Shown here one piece after another: positions 38,220-49,275 of a stretch of 64,000 bases of DNA. The notes under the pieces are model-generated. The model had not been told where the DNA came from, did not search any database, and saw only the letters and a list, made by a program, of their open reading frames with translations. Made by a program: the position numbers and the translations under genes. Origin of the DNA: Octopus bimaculoides (lineage: Eukaryota); the NCBI RefSeq assembly GCF_001194135.2, contig NC_068982.1, positions 99,885,858 to 99,949,857 on the forward strand. Direction: 5' to 3'. Numbering within the stretch: the stretch's first letter is position 1; every line of letters begins with the position of its first letter.

Positions 38220-39480
38220 CATTGGCTTTCAATTAAGCTTAATTCTCTATTAAATCTTGTGAGGTATTGACCATGAAGTGGCTTTTTTTCTCTTTCCAAT
38301 TTTTGCTTTGGTGTGTTCTGGAATTTCATTTTGATTTTTTTGTTTTTGTTTTTTTAATATTTTCTGTTATTTTGTCTTCTAAATTTCTTTCTTCACTGTA
38401 GTTAGTTTCCAGTTTGTACTTTATCACTTCCTTACATACAGAGAAAAGTTTTCAAAAGTTTTCATGTTTCTCTCCAACACTTACCAGCTTCTCTCAAACA
38501 CTTATCAGCTTCCATTTATTACTTACCAGCTTCCCTTTGCTTGCTTCTATGTATTTTCTGATTCTGCTGTTGTTATTTCATAGTGAATTTCAACTTGTAT
38601 CAAACTCTGTACTCCCAGTGGATGGGTACATATATTTTATCTCTATCAGCTTTAATTGTGAGGTGGCTTCAAATCATTGACAGTAGTTTCCTGGGGACAT
38701 TTATTTTGTTTAAGCATTTCAATACACTTGACTTCTAAATTACTAAGTTAAGATTAAGGTTTATAACTGGGATGGCTTGCACTTTTATACCTGCTATTGT
38801 ATTCCTAGTATTGAGTTAAGTTTAGCCTGTCTCTTCCATAATATTCTTTTCTAATTTCCTTTTTTGTTTCTGTATTTTATCAGTTTAGTTTACTTCCAAG
38901 TGTTTATGTAGTTAGTTCTGGTTTAATTCTCTGGTATTTAATTTAATGTTTTCACTTTTAGTTCATTTGCCCATTTTTAGAGAAGCTTTGACACATTGGT
39001 TAAAATCATACTCATTCTTATGTCTTGGTTGAATTTAAGAACAATATTTAGTAGGTTTGCCAATTGGATATCATTCCCAGCAAATATTTCAAGTCATCTA
39101 TGTAGAGGTATTTGTTTATAGTTTTCGCATAGCATCTGTAACTAATGGTGGGTTTGTTAAATAGATTTGTTAATGGAGTTGGAGCTAGGCAAAAGAGTGG
39201 GAGTAGAACATACCTATATAAATCTATGGTCAAAGGTATTCAAGCTGCATTCATCCAGTCTTTGTTTAAGGTACATGGCATCCAGGACTACTTTATTCTG
39301 GTAGCCTTTTCTTCCCTTTTTAAAGCAGTTTGAGAAAAATTTGCCTATTAGATCTGGCAGATCAAGCAATCATGTAGAAGCCTCTTCTTTTGTTTGTGAT
39401 GAGAAGGACATGTTGACAAGTTGTAAGGTATTGGGATGTAGAACCTCACAAACAAAGAGATATTGGACAGATATGAGTGG
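38220..39480 (-). mobile_element. Old R4/Dong-like LINE RT region
   Basis: Minus-strand LLPLFCLAPTPLTNLFNK, YLYIDDLK (YxDD) and IKVQAIPVI remnants. Confidence 0.6.
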
Positions 39481-39618
39481 CCAGGTAGCATACTGTAGAC
39501 ATACCCAATTAAGTTAATAATTGTAAAATGGGTAACAAACAGTTCTATATTTAAGAGATGAGGAATAATTTACATTATTTACATTTGATGGATATTTGTC
39601 CTCATCTTGTTTGTTGTT

Positions 39619-39664
39619 AACACAACGTTTCGTCTGATATACCCTCCAGCCTTCATCAGGTATC
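39619..39664 (-). ncRNA. Minimal type I hammerhead ribozyme motif (Penelope-like), near intact
   Basis: GAUAC-CUGAUGA-A-GGCUG-GAGGGUAUAU-CAGAC-GAAA-CG-U-U-GUGUU: conserved core boxes, stem II with one mismatch, stem I of 5 pairs including GU, and palindromic AACGUU in place of helix III. Confidence 0.65.
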
Positions 39665-39719
39665 TTGGGGTAATTTCGAACCTGGGTTCTCACTCCTAAG
39701 GTATTTTTCAATGTTGTTG

Positions 39720-39783
<64 letters not shown>

Positions 39784-39787
39784 CATC

Positions 39788-39819
<32 letters not shown>

Positions 39820-40045
39820 TATTATTCAGGTCACTGCCTGGAATCAAACTCGCAATCTTGGGGTTAGTAGCCCGCGCTCTTAACCATACGCCATATGCCC
39901 GTGGGCATAGTGGTTAAGAGCGCAGTCTACTAAAGCCAAGATTCCGAGTTCGATTCCAAGCAGTGACATGAATAATAATAATAATAATAACAACAACATC
40001 GAAAAATACCTTAGGAATGAGAATCCAGGTTCGAAATTTCCCCAA

Positions 40046-40091
40046 GACACCTGATGAAGGCTGGAGGGTATATCAGCCAAAACATTGTATT
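40046..40091 (+). ncRNA. Hammerhead ribozyme motif, core mutated
   Basis: GACAC-CUGAUGA-A-GGCUG...CAGCC-AAAA-CA-UU-GUAUU: perfect stem II, but GAAA>AAAA and CG>CA, both at CpG sites. Confidence 0.5.
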
Positions 40092-40614
40092 AATAACAAA
40101 CAAGATGAGGACAAATATCTGTCAAATGTAAATAATGTAAATAATGTGAATAATGGGTAACAAACTACCAACTTTTCTTTTTTTTAAGGAGAATAGCTGA
40201 AAGTGAAGGAATAAAAAAATTGTCTTTAAGAACTGTGTAAGGGCAAGTAAGACTCATGAAAGACATCCATCTCTAGAATATTGACGTCCATCTCTAGAAT
40301 ATAGCCAGTAACTGTAAATATAAGATGTAAGTAAATTGATATATACAGGCAGAAATTGAGTTTGCATGAATGTCTTTAAAGTTATATTCAATATCACCAC
40401 TTGTAAATGATTGCATCCTTGGTTATGGATTTACAATGGCTCAGTCACTGGTTCACTTCATTTACAATGGTAACAATGGCAAGGGAGAATCTGTGCAACT
40501 TGAGTGGAACAAATATCACAAGTTATTTTTGTCAAAAGCATTAGTTTATTGATTTTGTCATCAATGTTGGCATCTATTATTAATATACAACAGGGAAAGA
40601 TATTTGCATAATCA

Positions 40615-40770
40615 TACATACACACTAGGTTTCTGTACAGTTTCTGCCTCACAAGACAATAACAGGTCAACCATGAGGCTATGGTAGAAAACACACGAGC
40701 AAGGAACTATACAGTGAGACTGAAAGCAGAAGCACTAGTTTGCAAAGTCATGCTTAACCAAACAGTCATT
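40615..40770 (-). mobile_element. Diverged SINE family B fragment
   Basis: ttctgtacagtttctgcc...gctatggtagaaaacacacgagcaagg...gactgaa is a reverse-complement match. Confidence 0.55.
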
Positions 40771-41389
40771 TTGCTGTAGAGCTTACCACTTTATAGCATT
40801 CATACAAGCATGGAAAAGTGGATGTTATCTGATAATGGTGGTGGTGGTGGTGGNNNNNNNNNNNNNNNNNNNNNNNNNNNNNNNNNNNNNNNNNNNNNNN
40901 NNNNNNNNNNNNNNNNNNNNNNNNNNNNNNNNNNNNNNNNNNNNNNNNNNNNNNNNNNNNNNNNNNNNNNNNNNNNNNNNNNNNNNNNNNNNNNNNNNNN
41001 NNNNNNNNNNNNNNNNNNNNNNNNNNNNNNNNNNNNNNNNNNNNNNNNNNNNNNNNNNNNNNNNNNNNNNNNNNNNNNNNNNNNNNNNNNNNNNNNNNNN
41101 NNNNNNNNNNNNNNNNNNNNNNNNNNNNNNNNNNNNNNNNNNNNNNNNNNNNNNNNNNNNNNNNNNNNNNNNNNNNNNNNNNNNNNNNNNNNNNNNNNNN
41201 NNNNNNNNNNNNNNNNNNNNNNNNNNNNNNNNNNNNNNNNNNNNNNNNNNNNNNNNNNNNNNNNCTATATTAACTGTTTCATGATACCCTTCACAATGAC
41301 AGGAATGACGAGAATGTCGATGACAACTGCCACAACAGCGGCAACTACGACCATGATGACAGCGGTGATGACATTAGTGATGACAACAG

Positions 41390-41430
<41 letters not shown>

Positions 41431-42339
41431 TTGACGATATAGGCGGGAGAAGTAATGGTGGTGGTGGTGGTGGGGAGCATGATGGTGATGTGGGTAGTGG
41501 TGGTGGTAATACTTGCTGCACTATGAATTCCTGATGACATTCTGCAAGACAGGCATTATTTGGAAGACACTAAATATTAACTTCACCATTACTACTACTA
41601 CTACTCCTACTACTACTACTACTACCACTACCACTACTACTACTACTACTGCCATCAACACCATCACCACCACTTCACCCCCTTCCATCTTCCTCTCTCC
41701 CTTTCACACTGAAATATCAGACATCGCTTGTGGATAGTTGACATTTTCTGCCAGAAGTTCAAACAGCGGCGTGGCAGGCTTACCAAGCCAGTTTAACAAA
41801 TAACTTACTCAATATCATTTATTCTTTCCTTTTTGTTGTATTTAGTTGTTATTCTTTTTTCTTTTTTAGTGTTTCTCATTTTAAAGAATTCAAAAAGTGG
41901 TGAATGCATGATTGTGGCTATGGCACTAAGTTTCAAAAGCTATAAAGTTTGCATTTTTTGGTGAAGGTGGTGGGGTTCACGTATTGTATATGAATTCTGA
42001 ATATGAAAGGCAGATTTTCTATGGATAAATGCTTTTCCCCACACTTCTTTCGAAGTAAAGTAATATTTACCATAGTCCATTGACCATGTAACAGTTCAAT
42101 GGCCAGACATGTTTTTGTGGTGGATTGCAGTCACTAACACTGTTTGTATGGATGATGATCTTGGTTTTATGCTGTGAGCAAACAAAATTCTGACAAGAGA
42201 AGACACAAACACCTAGAGTCACATTTATACAGACATACATGAACACCAGCATTCATGCATATGTGTGTGTATATGCGTGTATGGGTGTGTATGAATGTGT
42301 GTGTGTATGTATGTGTGTGTGTGTGTATGCATACATGTG

Positions 42340-42850
42340 GGTCCATATAAGATTTTAGGGGGTCCACACAAACAAAATAATAAATTGGGGATCCACAGTA
42401 GTATATTAAGGGCCCATAAAAAAGTTTTGCTTGAGATGTGTATATTGCAAAAAACAATTAGAGTTCTTTCTCTAATGTTTTACATTGTTCAACCTACAAA
42501 AGTTATTGTGTGAAAAGCAATATAAAAATTTTGAAAGATATTGTTATATTTCAGGATGGTCATTTTTTTATTTTGTTTTCCAAATAAGCACATCACTTCA
42601 GCTTTATTGTTGTTCTTATTTTAGTGTCTTTTGTCTGAAATCTTTCATCACACATCCTGTGACCTCTTCAACATCTCTCCATTCCACATGCCGCCTCATG
42701 TTCTGCTTAGTCGATTCTCAAATACATAATTTTGAAAGGAATATCTATAAAACTAGTTTTTAAACATGGAATAGCTATGGGGGTTCACTAGAATTTATAT
42801 AGGAATCAAAGAGGTCCATAGATTTTTAAAAATGGTTGAGAGCCACTGGT
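42340..42850. mobile_element. hAT-like non-autonomous element (one TIR retained)
   Basis: The right end aaaaatggttgagagccactg is the reverse complement of the CAGTGG-TCTCAACC hAT-type terminus. Subterminal gggtcc repeats occur at both ends; the left end is lost in microsatellite. Confidence 0.55.
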
Positions 42851-43639
42851 ATAGACAAATATAGTATAGCACTAGCTGTAATATTTTGTCACAGTGAAAC
42901 TTCTCAAAGAGACTTGTGCATTTGAAAAAACACAGCTCTCTCAGAACATCATCAGTGGGTCCCCAAACATGGTGCTTCAATTTGATTTGGTCTTCACAAG
43001 GATGAACATCCTTGGACTGAAAGCATATTTGTTGCTTTATGTTTTTATGCTTTTCAGGCACAGTCTTTTCTGTCTGAATCCATGTATATATGGATCAAAA
43101 CAATGGCTGAAGACTAACAACACACTTGAAACTCAAAGTACCAAGGAGTTTGAATCAAACTGTTTTGATCCATACATGTAACTCCCAATAAATATGCTGA
43201 GTGCTCTTCTTTCGTTTGTGTAGTCACTTGTATATACGTATAAATGTATATATGTATATATATATATATATATATATNNNNNNNNNNNNNNNNNNNNNNN
43301 NNNNNNNNNNNNNNNNNNNNNNNNNNNNNNNNNNNNNNNNNNNNNNNNNNNNNNNNNNNNNNNNNNNNNNNNNNNNNNNNNNNNNNNNNNNNNNNNNNNN
43401 NNNNNNNNNNNNNNNNNATATATATTATAGTCGAAATTTACAGAAAAACTAAAGATGAAGACAGGTGTATAAACAATAAGCAGGTGTATTAGTTTAACGC
43501 TCGGAAAGGTGAGAAAGTCCTTTATATTTTGAGCCTATGCTCTTCAACAGAAAGGAACACGAGGAGATAAACAGAGAGAGAATGAAAAAACTTGTGGAGT
43601 TAGTGACACACACACACACACACATACACATATTCGTAC

Positions 43640-44270
43640 ATACATACCATGCAACACAGCAATGAAATATGGGCTGTGACTGCAGAGGACATGTGAAGGC
43701 TTGAAAGAAATGAAGATAGTATGCTTCACTGGATCTGCAATGTCAGTGTGCATGTTTGACAGAGTGTAAGCATCTATCGAGAAAAATTGGGCATAAGAGG
43801 AATCAGATGTGGTGTGCAAGTGAGATGACTGCACTGGTATGGCCATGTGATGTGTATGGATGAGTAGAGAAGTGTCAATCTCTACCTGTGGAGGGAACTT
43901 GTGGAAGAGGTAGACCCTGGAAGACTTGGGATGAGGTGATGAAATTATGATCTTCAAATGTGGGGTCTCACGGAGGTGATAACAAGTGATTGTGACCTTT
44001 GGTAATTTGCTGTGATTGAGAAGACTCGTCAAGCCAAGTGAAATCATAGCTGTGACTGGTGCCAGTGACACATAAAAGCATCTGTACTGGAGACACATAA
44101 AAGCACCTGTGCCAGTGACATGTAATAAGCACCTACTACACTCTTGAAGTAGTTGGCATTAGGGAGGGCATCCAGCCATAGAAACCTGGTGTAGCTCTTT
44201 GGTTTACCAGTTCCAGTCAAACCATCTAACATATGTCAGCATGGAAAGAAGACATTTAATGATGATGATA
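43640..44270 (+). mobile_element. RTE LINE 3' end (ORF C-terminus plus 3' UTR)
   Basis: EIWAVTAEDM*RLERNEDSMLHWICNVSVH...LHWYGHV...VEGTCGRGRPWKTWDEV, then the UTR and a (GAT)n tail. Confidence 0.9.
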
Positions 44271-45132
44271 TATATATTTATATATATGTATGTGTGTGTG
44301 TGTGTATATATATATATATACACACACACCCACATATAAGACCAATTTTTATTTATAACTAGAACAGTTTTTCAGAAGAAAAGTCTATATTTCAGCAAGC
44401 CTGTAATGTCAGTATCCTCCTCCTCCTCTTCCTCCTCGACATCCTCATCATCATCATCGTCCTCATCGTCGTCGTTGTCATCATCATCGTTATTTACATC
44501 ATCATTACTATTATTAGCTATGAGGCCAGTATTACTCCTTCTACTGTTATCATCCTATTTACCTTCATTTCCATCATTTATTTTATGTCTTTCTCTGTCC
44601 ACCCCTCCTTGTTTATACTCCTTCCAAATAAACCATTTTTTTTTTTATTATTTTCAAAACTTTTCCTGAAACCGAAAATATCTCACACAACACACTTATT
44701 CGGCTTCCTTCCTTATTATCTTCTCAATAAATGCTGGCATCAGTCTGATAACTACGTCCTGCATGAAACACAAAGAGGTATGTTTGCATAGCTGTCTCCC
44801 TTCAAAATAATCCAAAATATCGAAAATAACTAGAAATAGCAAAATCAAAGATTGTTTCCAGAGTAATGTCAATGCAAAAGATCAGTCACAGATCAGCATA
44901 TCATCAACACACACACAAGCATACACACACACAAGCATATACACACACACACACTCACACACACACACACACACACACACATGCACATATGTTACAAAAA
45001 CACACTTGTGTAAATATATATATTGTGCATGTGTGTGTGTGTGTAATGATATTGTGTTTGTGTGTGTGTATGCATTCATTTCTTTTATTTGTTTCCATCA
45101 TTTGACTACAACCATACTTTTATATACTTTTA

Positions 45133-45291
45133 CGTAACAACATCCATGTTCTCGTCAGCATAGCTGTTCTAGAATCAATATAATTTGCAGAACTATACAC
45201 GAATTGTCTTCATGAAATAAGACTTGCATACAGTTCTCCCGAGCTATTTTTCAAAATGTCTCAGCATGAAGAGAACACGGACGTTGTTATG
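45133..45291. mobile_element. Small MITE with ~22-bp TIRs and TA flanks
   Basis: TA-cgtaacaacatccatgttctc ... gagaacacggacgttgttatg-TA. Confidence 0.7.
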
Positions 45292-45504
45292 TAAGTAAAA
45301 CGTTAATGTTCCAAACTGCAGTACAAAGCTAATTCTTTATTCTGTATATTTCTCATTTTGTCCTGTTCTGGTGTTTTCCGAAATTTTTCTGGAGAACATT
45401 GTTTTTTTGTGTGGTTGGGTCGTTGATGACCTCTTTCTAGCATATTGGATGTCCACCTAGTGGTCATCCCTTATACACGTATACATATATATATATATAT
45501 ATAT

Positions 45505-45775
45505 ATAAATCAAGTGATCCCATGACTGACCAGGCTATCAAATATTACACATCGCTGGTTACAATGTGTTTTGCATTGTTTTAGCCTTCAAATAATGCCA
45601 CCCTACTGGCTAGGCGAGCAGGCTAGCAATCCCCACTGATCAAAAGAGGGACTGGAGCAATGTGAAACGAAGTCTTTTGCTCAAGAACACATGCTGTCCA
45701 ATCAGGGAATTGAACCCATGATCTAGCGATCATGAGTGCAACAAACAGCCTAACCACTAGGTCATGCACCTTTAC
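45505..45775 (-). mobile_element. tRNA-derived SINE with V/Meta-like domain (different tail)
   Basis: Minus strand ggtgcatgacctagtggttagg...gggttcaattccctg...tgttcttgagcaaaagacttcgtttcacattgctccagtccc. Confidence 0.65.
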
Positions 45776-46009
45776 ACATATACATACATACATATATATA
45801 TATATATGAATATACACACACACACACATGCATAAATACACGGATAAAGGAATTCTCCCAAGACAAATCAAAAATACCCATAGTTTATGAGATGGACAGT
45901 GCATAAAAATGGGTTCACATAACATGTGTGTGTGTGCATGTGTTTGTGAGTGTGTGTATGTGTGTGTGTGTGTGTGTGTGTCAGTCGACACCTGGCATAA
46001 AGCTACTCC

Positions 46010-46230
46010 CTCCCCATTTTAGTCGAAAGTGGCTATTTCTCTTTCATTTTGTTTTTCTGCTTTTATCCTCTCAAGCAAGTTACTTGGTGACCTCACCAAT
46101 GCAGGCAATACAAGAAAGGCATCCGGCCATAGAAACCATGCTACAGCTGATATCGGAGTGGCATGTCAGATCTTGTCAAGCTGTCCAACCCATACCAGCA
46201 CAGGAAATGGATGTAAAACAAGGGTACTTC
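46010..46230 (+). mobile_element. RTE 3' UTR copy
   Basis: aaggcatccggccatagaaacc...gctgtccaacccataccagcacagg. Confidence 0.65.
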
Positions 46231-46239
46231 TAATACATA

Positions 46240-46600
46240 CAGGGTGGCCCAAAAGTAGGTTTAGTTATCCTGTAGGCACTTCAAATTTCTTTTAAAACAT
46301 TTTATTACATTTAAGTTTCTGTCTTACAATCCTATTGTTTATGCACATCTTAAACAGACTTCTTTGGACTGTTCGCAAATGTCATAGCCACTAACATCTT
46401 GTTTTTTTCAGTCACAGAAGTCTTAGGTCATCCAGATTTTGGTGCATTACTCACTGAACTTGTGGTATCAAATTTATTTCTAACCCGATAAATTGTCTGG
46501 CATGAAGGTGGAGAAGTGTGAAAGGCTTCTTGCCATGCTGTGCGCACCTGCTCGGCATTTTCAGACTTCCAATACTGCTTTAATATCTCTTCCTCCTCTG
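46240..46600 (-). mobile_element. Deleted Tc1/mariner element with DUF4817-type HTH remnant
   Basis: TA-cagggtggcccaaaagtagg TIR. The minus frame reads EILKQYWKSENAEQVRTAWQEAFHTSPPSCQTIYRVRNKFDTTSSVSNAPKSG*PKT...FANSPKKS. Confidence 0.75.
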
Positions 46601-46889
46601 ACTAGGTAACCAAGTATCACCTTTGCATCAGCATATGTGTTTCTGGCCTCTTTCTGTACTCCTCTCTCTCTCTTTCACTGGATAATCATGTACCTCCCCT
46701 ATAGCAAGACACCTATTTCTGCCTCTCTATTTCTCTGTTATGTTCTAACCTTTCATCATTTGATACTGGATCAACTCCTCTAATGCTCCCTCTGTTGTGG
46801 CAAGACACCTGCTTCTGTCTCTGTCTCTTTGTCACACTCTAACTTTCATCTTCTGGCACAAATGCCTTGCACCTCTCATAGTCTTGTGA

Positions 46890-47210
46890 GTTACTTAGTT
46901 ACCCTGCCAGTGCTGGTGCCACTTTAATAGCATCCAGTCTACACTGTAATGTGGTTGGCATCTGGAAGGGCACCCAGCTGTAAAGATCTTGCCAAAACTA
47001 ACTTCGCCTGTGCCAGTGCCATGCAAAAAAGCACAGAGTCCACTCTGTTGAGTGGTTGGTGTTAGGAAAGGCATCCAGCCATAAAATCCCTTCCAAAACA
47101 GACACAGTAGCCTTGGGTAGATTTTTCTACCTGGCTGGCTCCTGTCAACCATCCTACCCATGCATGCATAGAAGATGGATGTTAAACAATGAGGATGATG
47201 ATGATGATGA
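46890..47210 (+). mobile_element. RTE 3' UTR copy with internal duplication
   Basis: The tggcatctggaagggcacccagctg / tgttaggaaaggcatccagcc modules are repeated; (GAT)n tail. Confidence 0.7.
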
Positions 47211-47224
47211 TTTATATATAAACA

Positions 47225-47390
47225 CACACACACATGATGGGCTTCTTTCAGTTTGCATCTACCAAATCTACTCACAGGATGTGGTCAGTCTGGAGTCATT
47301 GTAGAAGACTGTTGCCCAAAATGCCTTTCAGTGGGACTGAACCAGAAACCATGAGGTTGGAAAACAAAATTCTTACCACACAGCCTTATA
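47225..47390 (-). mobile_element. SINE family B 5' half
   Basis: Reverse complement of the head and CORE-like domain. Confidence 0.75.
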
Positions 47391-47812
47391 TTCAGCACTT
47401 ATACTCACTATACTATCTATAAATACTGTATACTGTCATTTGAACAATATGTAGCCTTTCTTTTTATAAAACAATGTTCAAATTTACCAGATTAGATAAA
47501 TATAAAAAAGAAAAGAAATGCCCCATTATGAAACTATGCAGAAGGACTGTATGTACCATTTACTTTCATTCTTTAATGTGTTAACACCATGTATTCTTAT
47601 GTGTTCTTTGTTAACCTTAAACTCTTCTTTAGACACTTAAAGAATGTCAGATGTTTTATGGATATAGTCACATAGTTAAAATATTTATATGCTATTTTTA
47701 TTTAGAATTTATTCATTTGCTGTACTATTCATAAACACAGGATGCTACCATTTCAACACTTGGTTTTCTTATCCTTTTATAAAACAATGTTCTAATTTAT
47801 AAGATTTTAGGC

Positions 47813-47969
47813 ACAGACATGGTTGTGTGGTTAAGAACCTAGCTTCCCAATGATGGGTTCAATATCATTGTGCAGTACCTCAAGTAAGTATCTTCTACTA
47901 TAACGCCAGGATGACCAAAGACTTGAAGCCTTGTGAGTGAATTTGGTAGATGGAAACTGAAAGAAGACC

Positions 47970-47975
<6 letters not shown>
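47813..47975 (+). mobile_element. SINE family B 5' half
   Basis: catggttgtgtggttaagaa...ccttgtgagtgaatttggtagatggaaactgaaagaag. Confidence 0.75.
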
Positions 47976-48004
<29 letters not shown>

Positions 48005-48008
<4 letters not shown>

Positions 48009-48590
48009 CATCAGCATCATCATCATCATCGCTTAACGTCCGCTTTCCATGCTAGCATGGGTTGGACGATTTGACTGAGGCTGCACCAGGCTCCAATCTG
48101 ATCTGGCAGAGTTTCTAAAGCTGGATGCCCTTCCTAACGCCAACCACTCCGAGAGTGTAGTGGGTGCTTTTACGTGCCACCCACACGAGGGCCAGTAACA
48201 CGGCACTGGCAACGGCCACGCTCAAAAAGGTGTTTTTTACATGCCATCTGCACAGGAGCCAGTCCAGCGGCACTGGTAATGACCTCGCTCGAATGATTTT
48301 CTAATGTGCCACCAGCACAAGTGCTAGAAGGCAACGCTGCTAACAATTACGCTCTAATGGTGCTATTTATGGGCCACTAGCACGGAAGCCAGACAGCTGC
48401 TCTGGCAATGAACACACTTGATAGTGCTGTTAGTGCTCCACTGGCGTGGTACCAGTCATCGAGTATGGTTCAATTTCGATTTCACTTGCCCCAACAGGTC
48501 TTCGCAAGCAGAGTTTAGTGTCCAATGAAGGAGAGGTTGGCATGGGTGCCAGTCGTCGGATTTGGTTTGATTTCAATTTCAGATATTAAA
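48005..48590 (-). mobile_element. RTE 3' UTR copy containing a ~65-bp tandem array
   Basis: Relatively CpG-rich; 4-5 diverged units of tttacgtgccacc..cacg..gccag..cggcactggcaacg..cacgctc at 48168-48450. Confidence 0.75.
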
Positions 48591-48602
48591 TTTCAAAATA
48601 TA

Positions 48603-48899
48603 TAGTGGCACTCTGACGGTTACAATGATGAGGGTTCCAGTTGATCCAATTAATGGAACAGCTTGCTCATGAAATTAACATGCAAGTGGCTAAGCACTCC
48701 ACAGCCACATATACCCTTAATGTAGTTGTCAGGGATATTCAGTGTGACACAGAATGCAGGTATTACTCATTTTTACCAGCTGAGTGGACTGGAACAACAT
48801 GAAATAGTGTCTTGCTCAAGGATTCAATGTGCTGCCGGGCATTGAACTCATGACCTTACGATCGTGAACCAAATACCCTAACCACTAAGCCACGAGCCT
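48603..48899 (-). mobile_element. SINE, same family as 2414-2722
   Basis: Full-length reverse-complement match. Confidence 0.8.
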
Positions 48900-49232
48900 T
48901 CACAATATATATTTATATGTGTGTATCTGTGTGTGTGTGTGTGTGTGTGTGTGTGCATGTGTGTGTGTGTGCATGTGTGTGTGTGTGCATGTGTGTGTGT
49001 TCCTTTGTCTTGATATCATGTGATGATTGTAAACAAGCATCACCAACATACAAGCAATGCTGTTTTTTTCCTTTTTCCATAATGAAAAATGGATGTTAAA
49101 CAATGATGATGATGATGATGATGATGTAGTAGTAGTAGTAGCGGCAGAAGCGATGATGGTGGCAACAGCAATGGCGGTGGTGGCAATAGCAGCGGTGGCA
49201 GTGGCAACAGCAGTGATTGTGGCAGCAGCGAC

Positions 49233-49275
<43 letters not shown>

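Larger units (their letters stand above)
39541..40151. mobile_element. Palindromic head-to-head tRNA-SINE/Penelope-tail element with 14-bp TSD
   Basis: Two inverted arms centred on atgccc-gt-gggcat (39895-39908). Each arm is a tRNA-like head, then (AAT)n, then a hammerhead-bearing tail. The direct repeat aatgggtaacaaac lies at 39527-39540 and 40152-40165. Confidence 0.8.

Noticed and set aside
39840-39965. tRNA genes
   Set aside because: A and B boxes are present but the acceptor and anticodon stems are imperfect and the heads are fused to repeat bodies. These are SINE heads, like all other tRNA-like sequences in the window.
40262-40301. 21-bp tandem duplication (also a 27-bp one at ~15500)
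   Set aside because: These are ordinary slippage duplications with no further structure.
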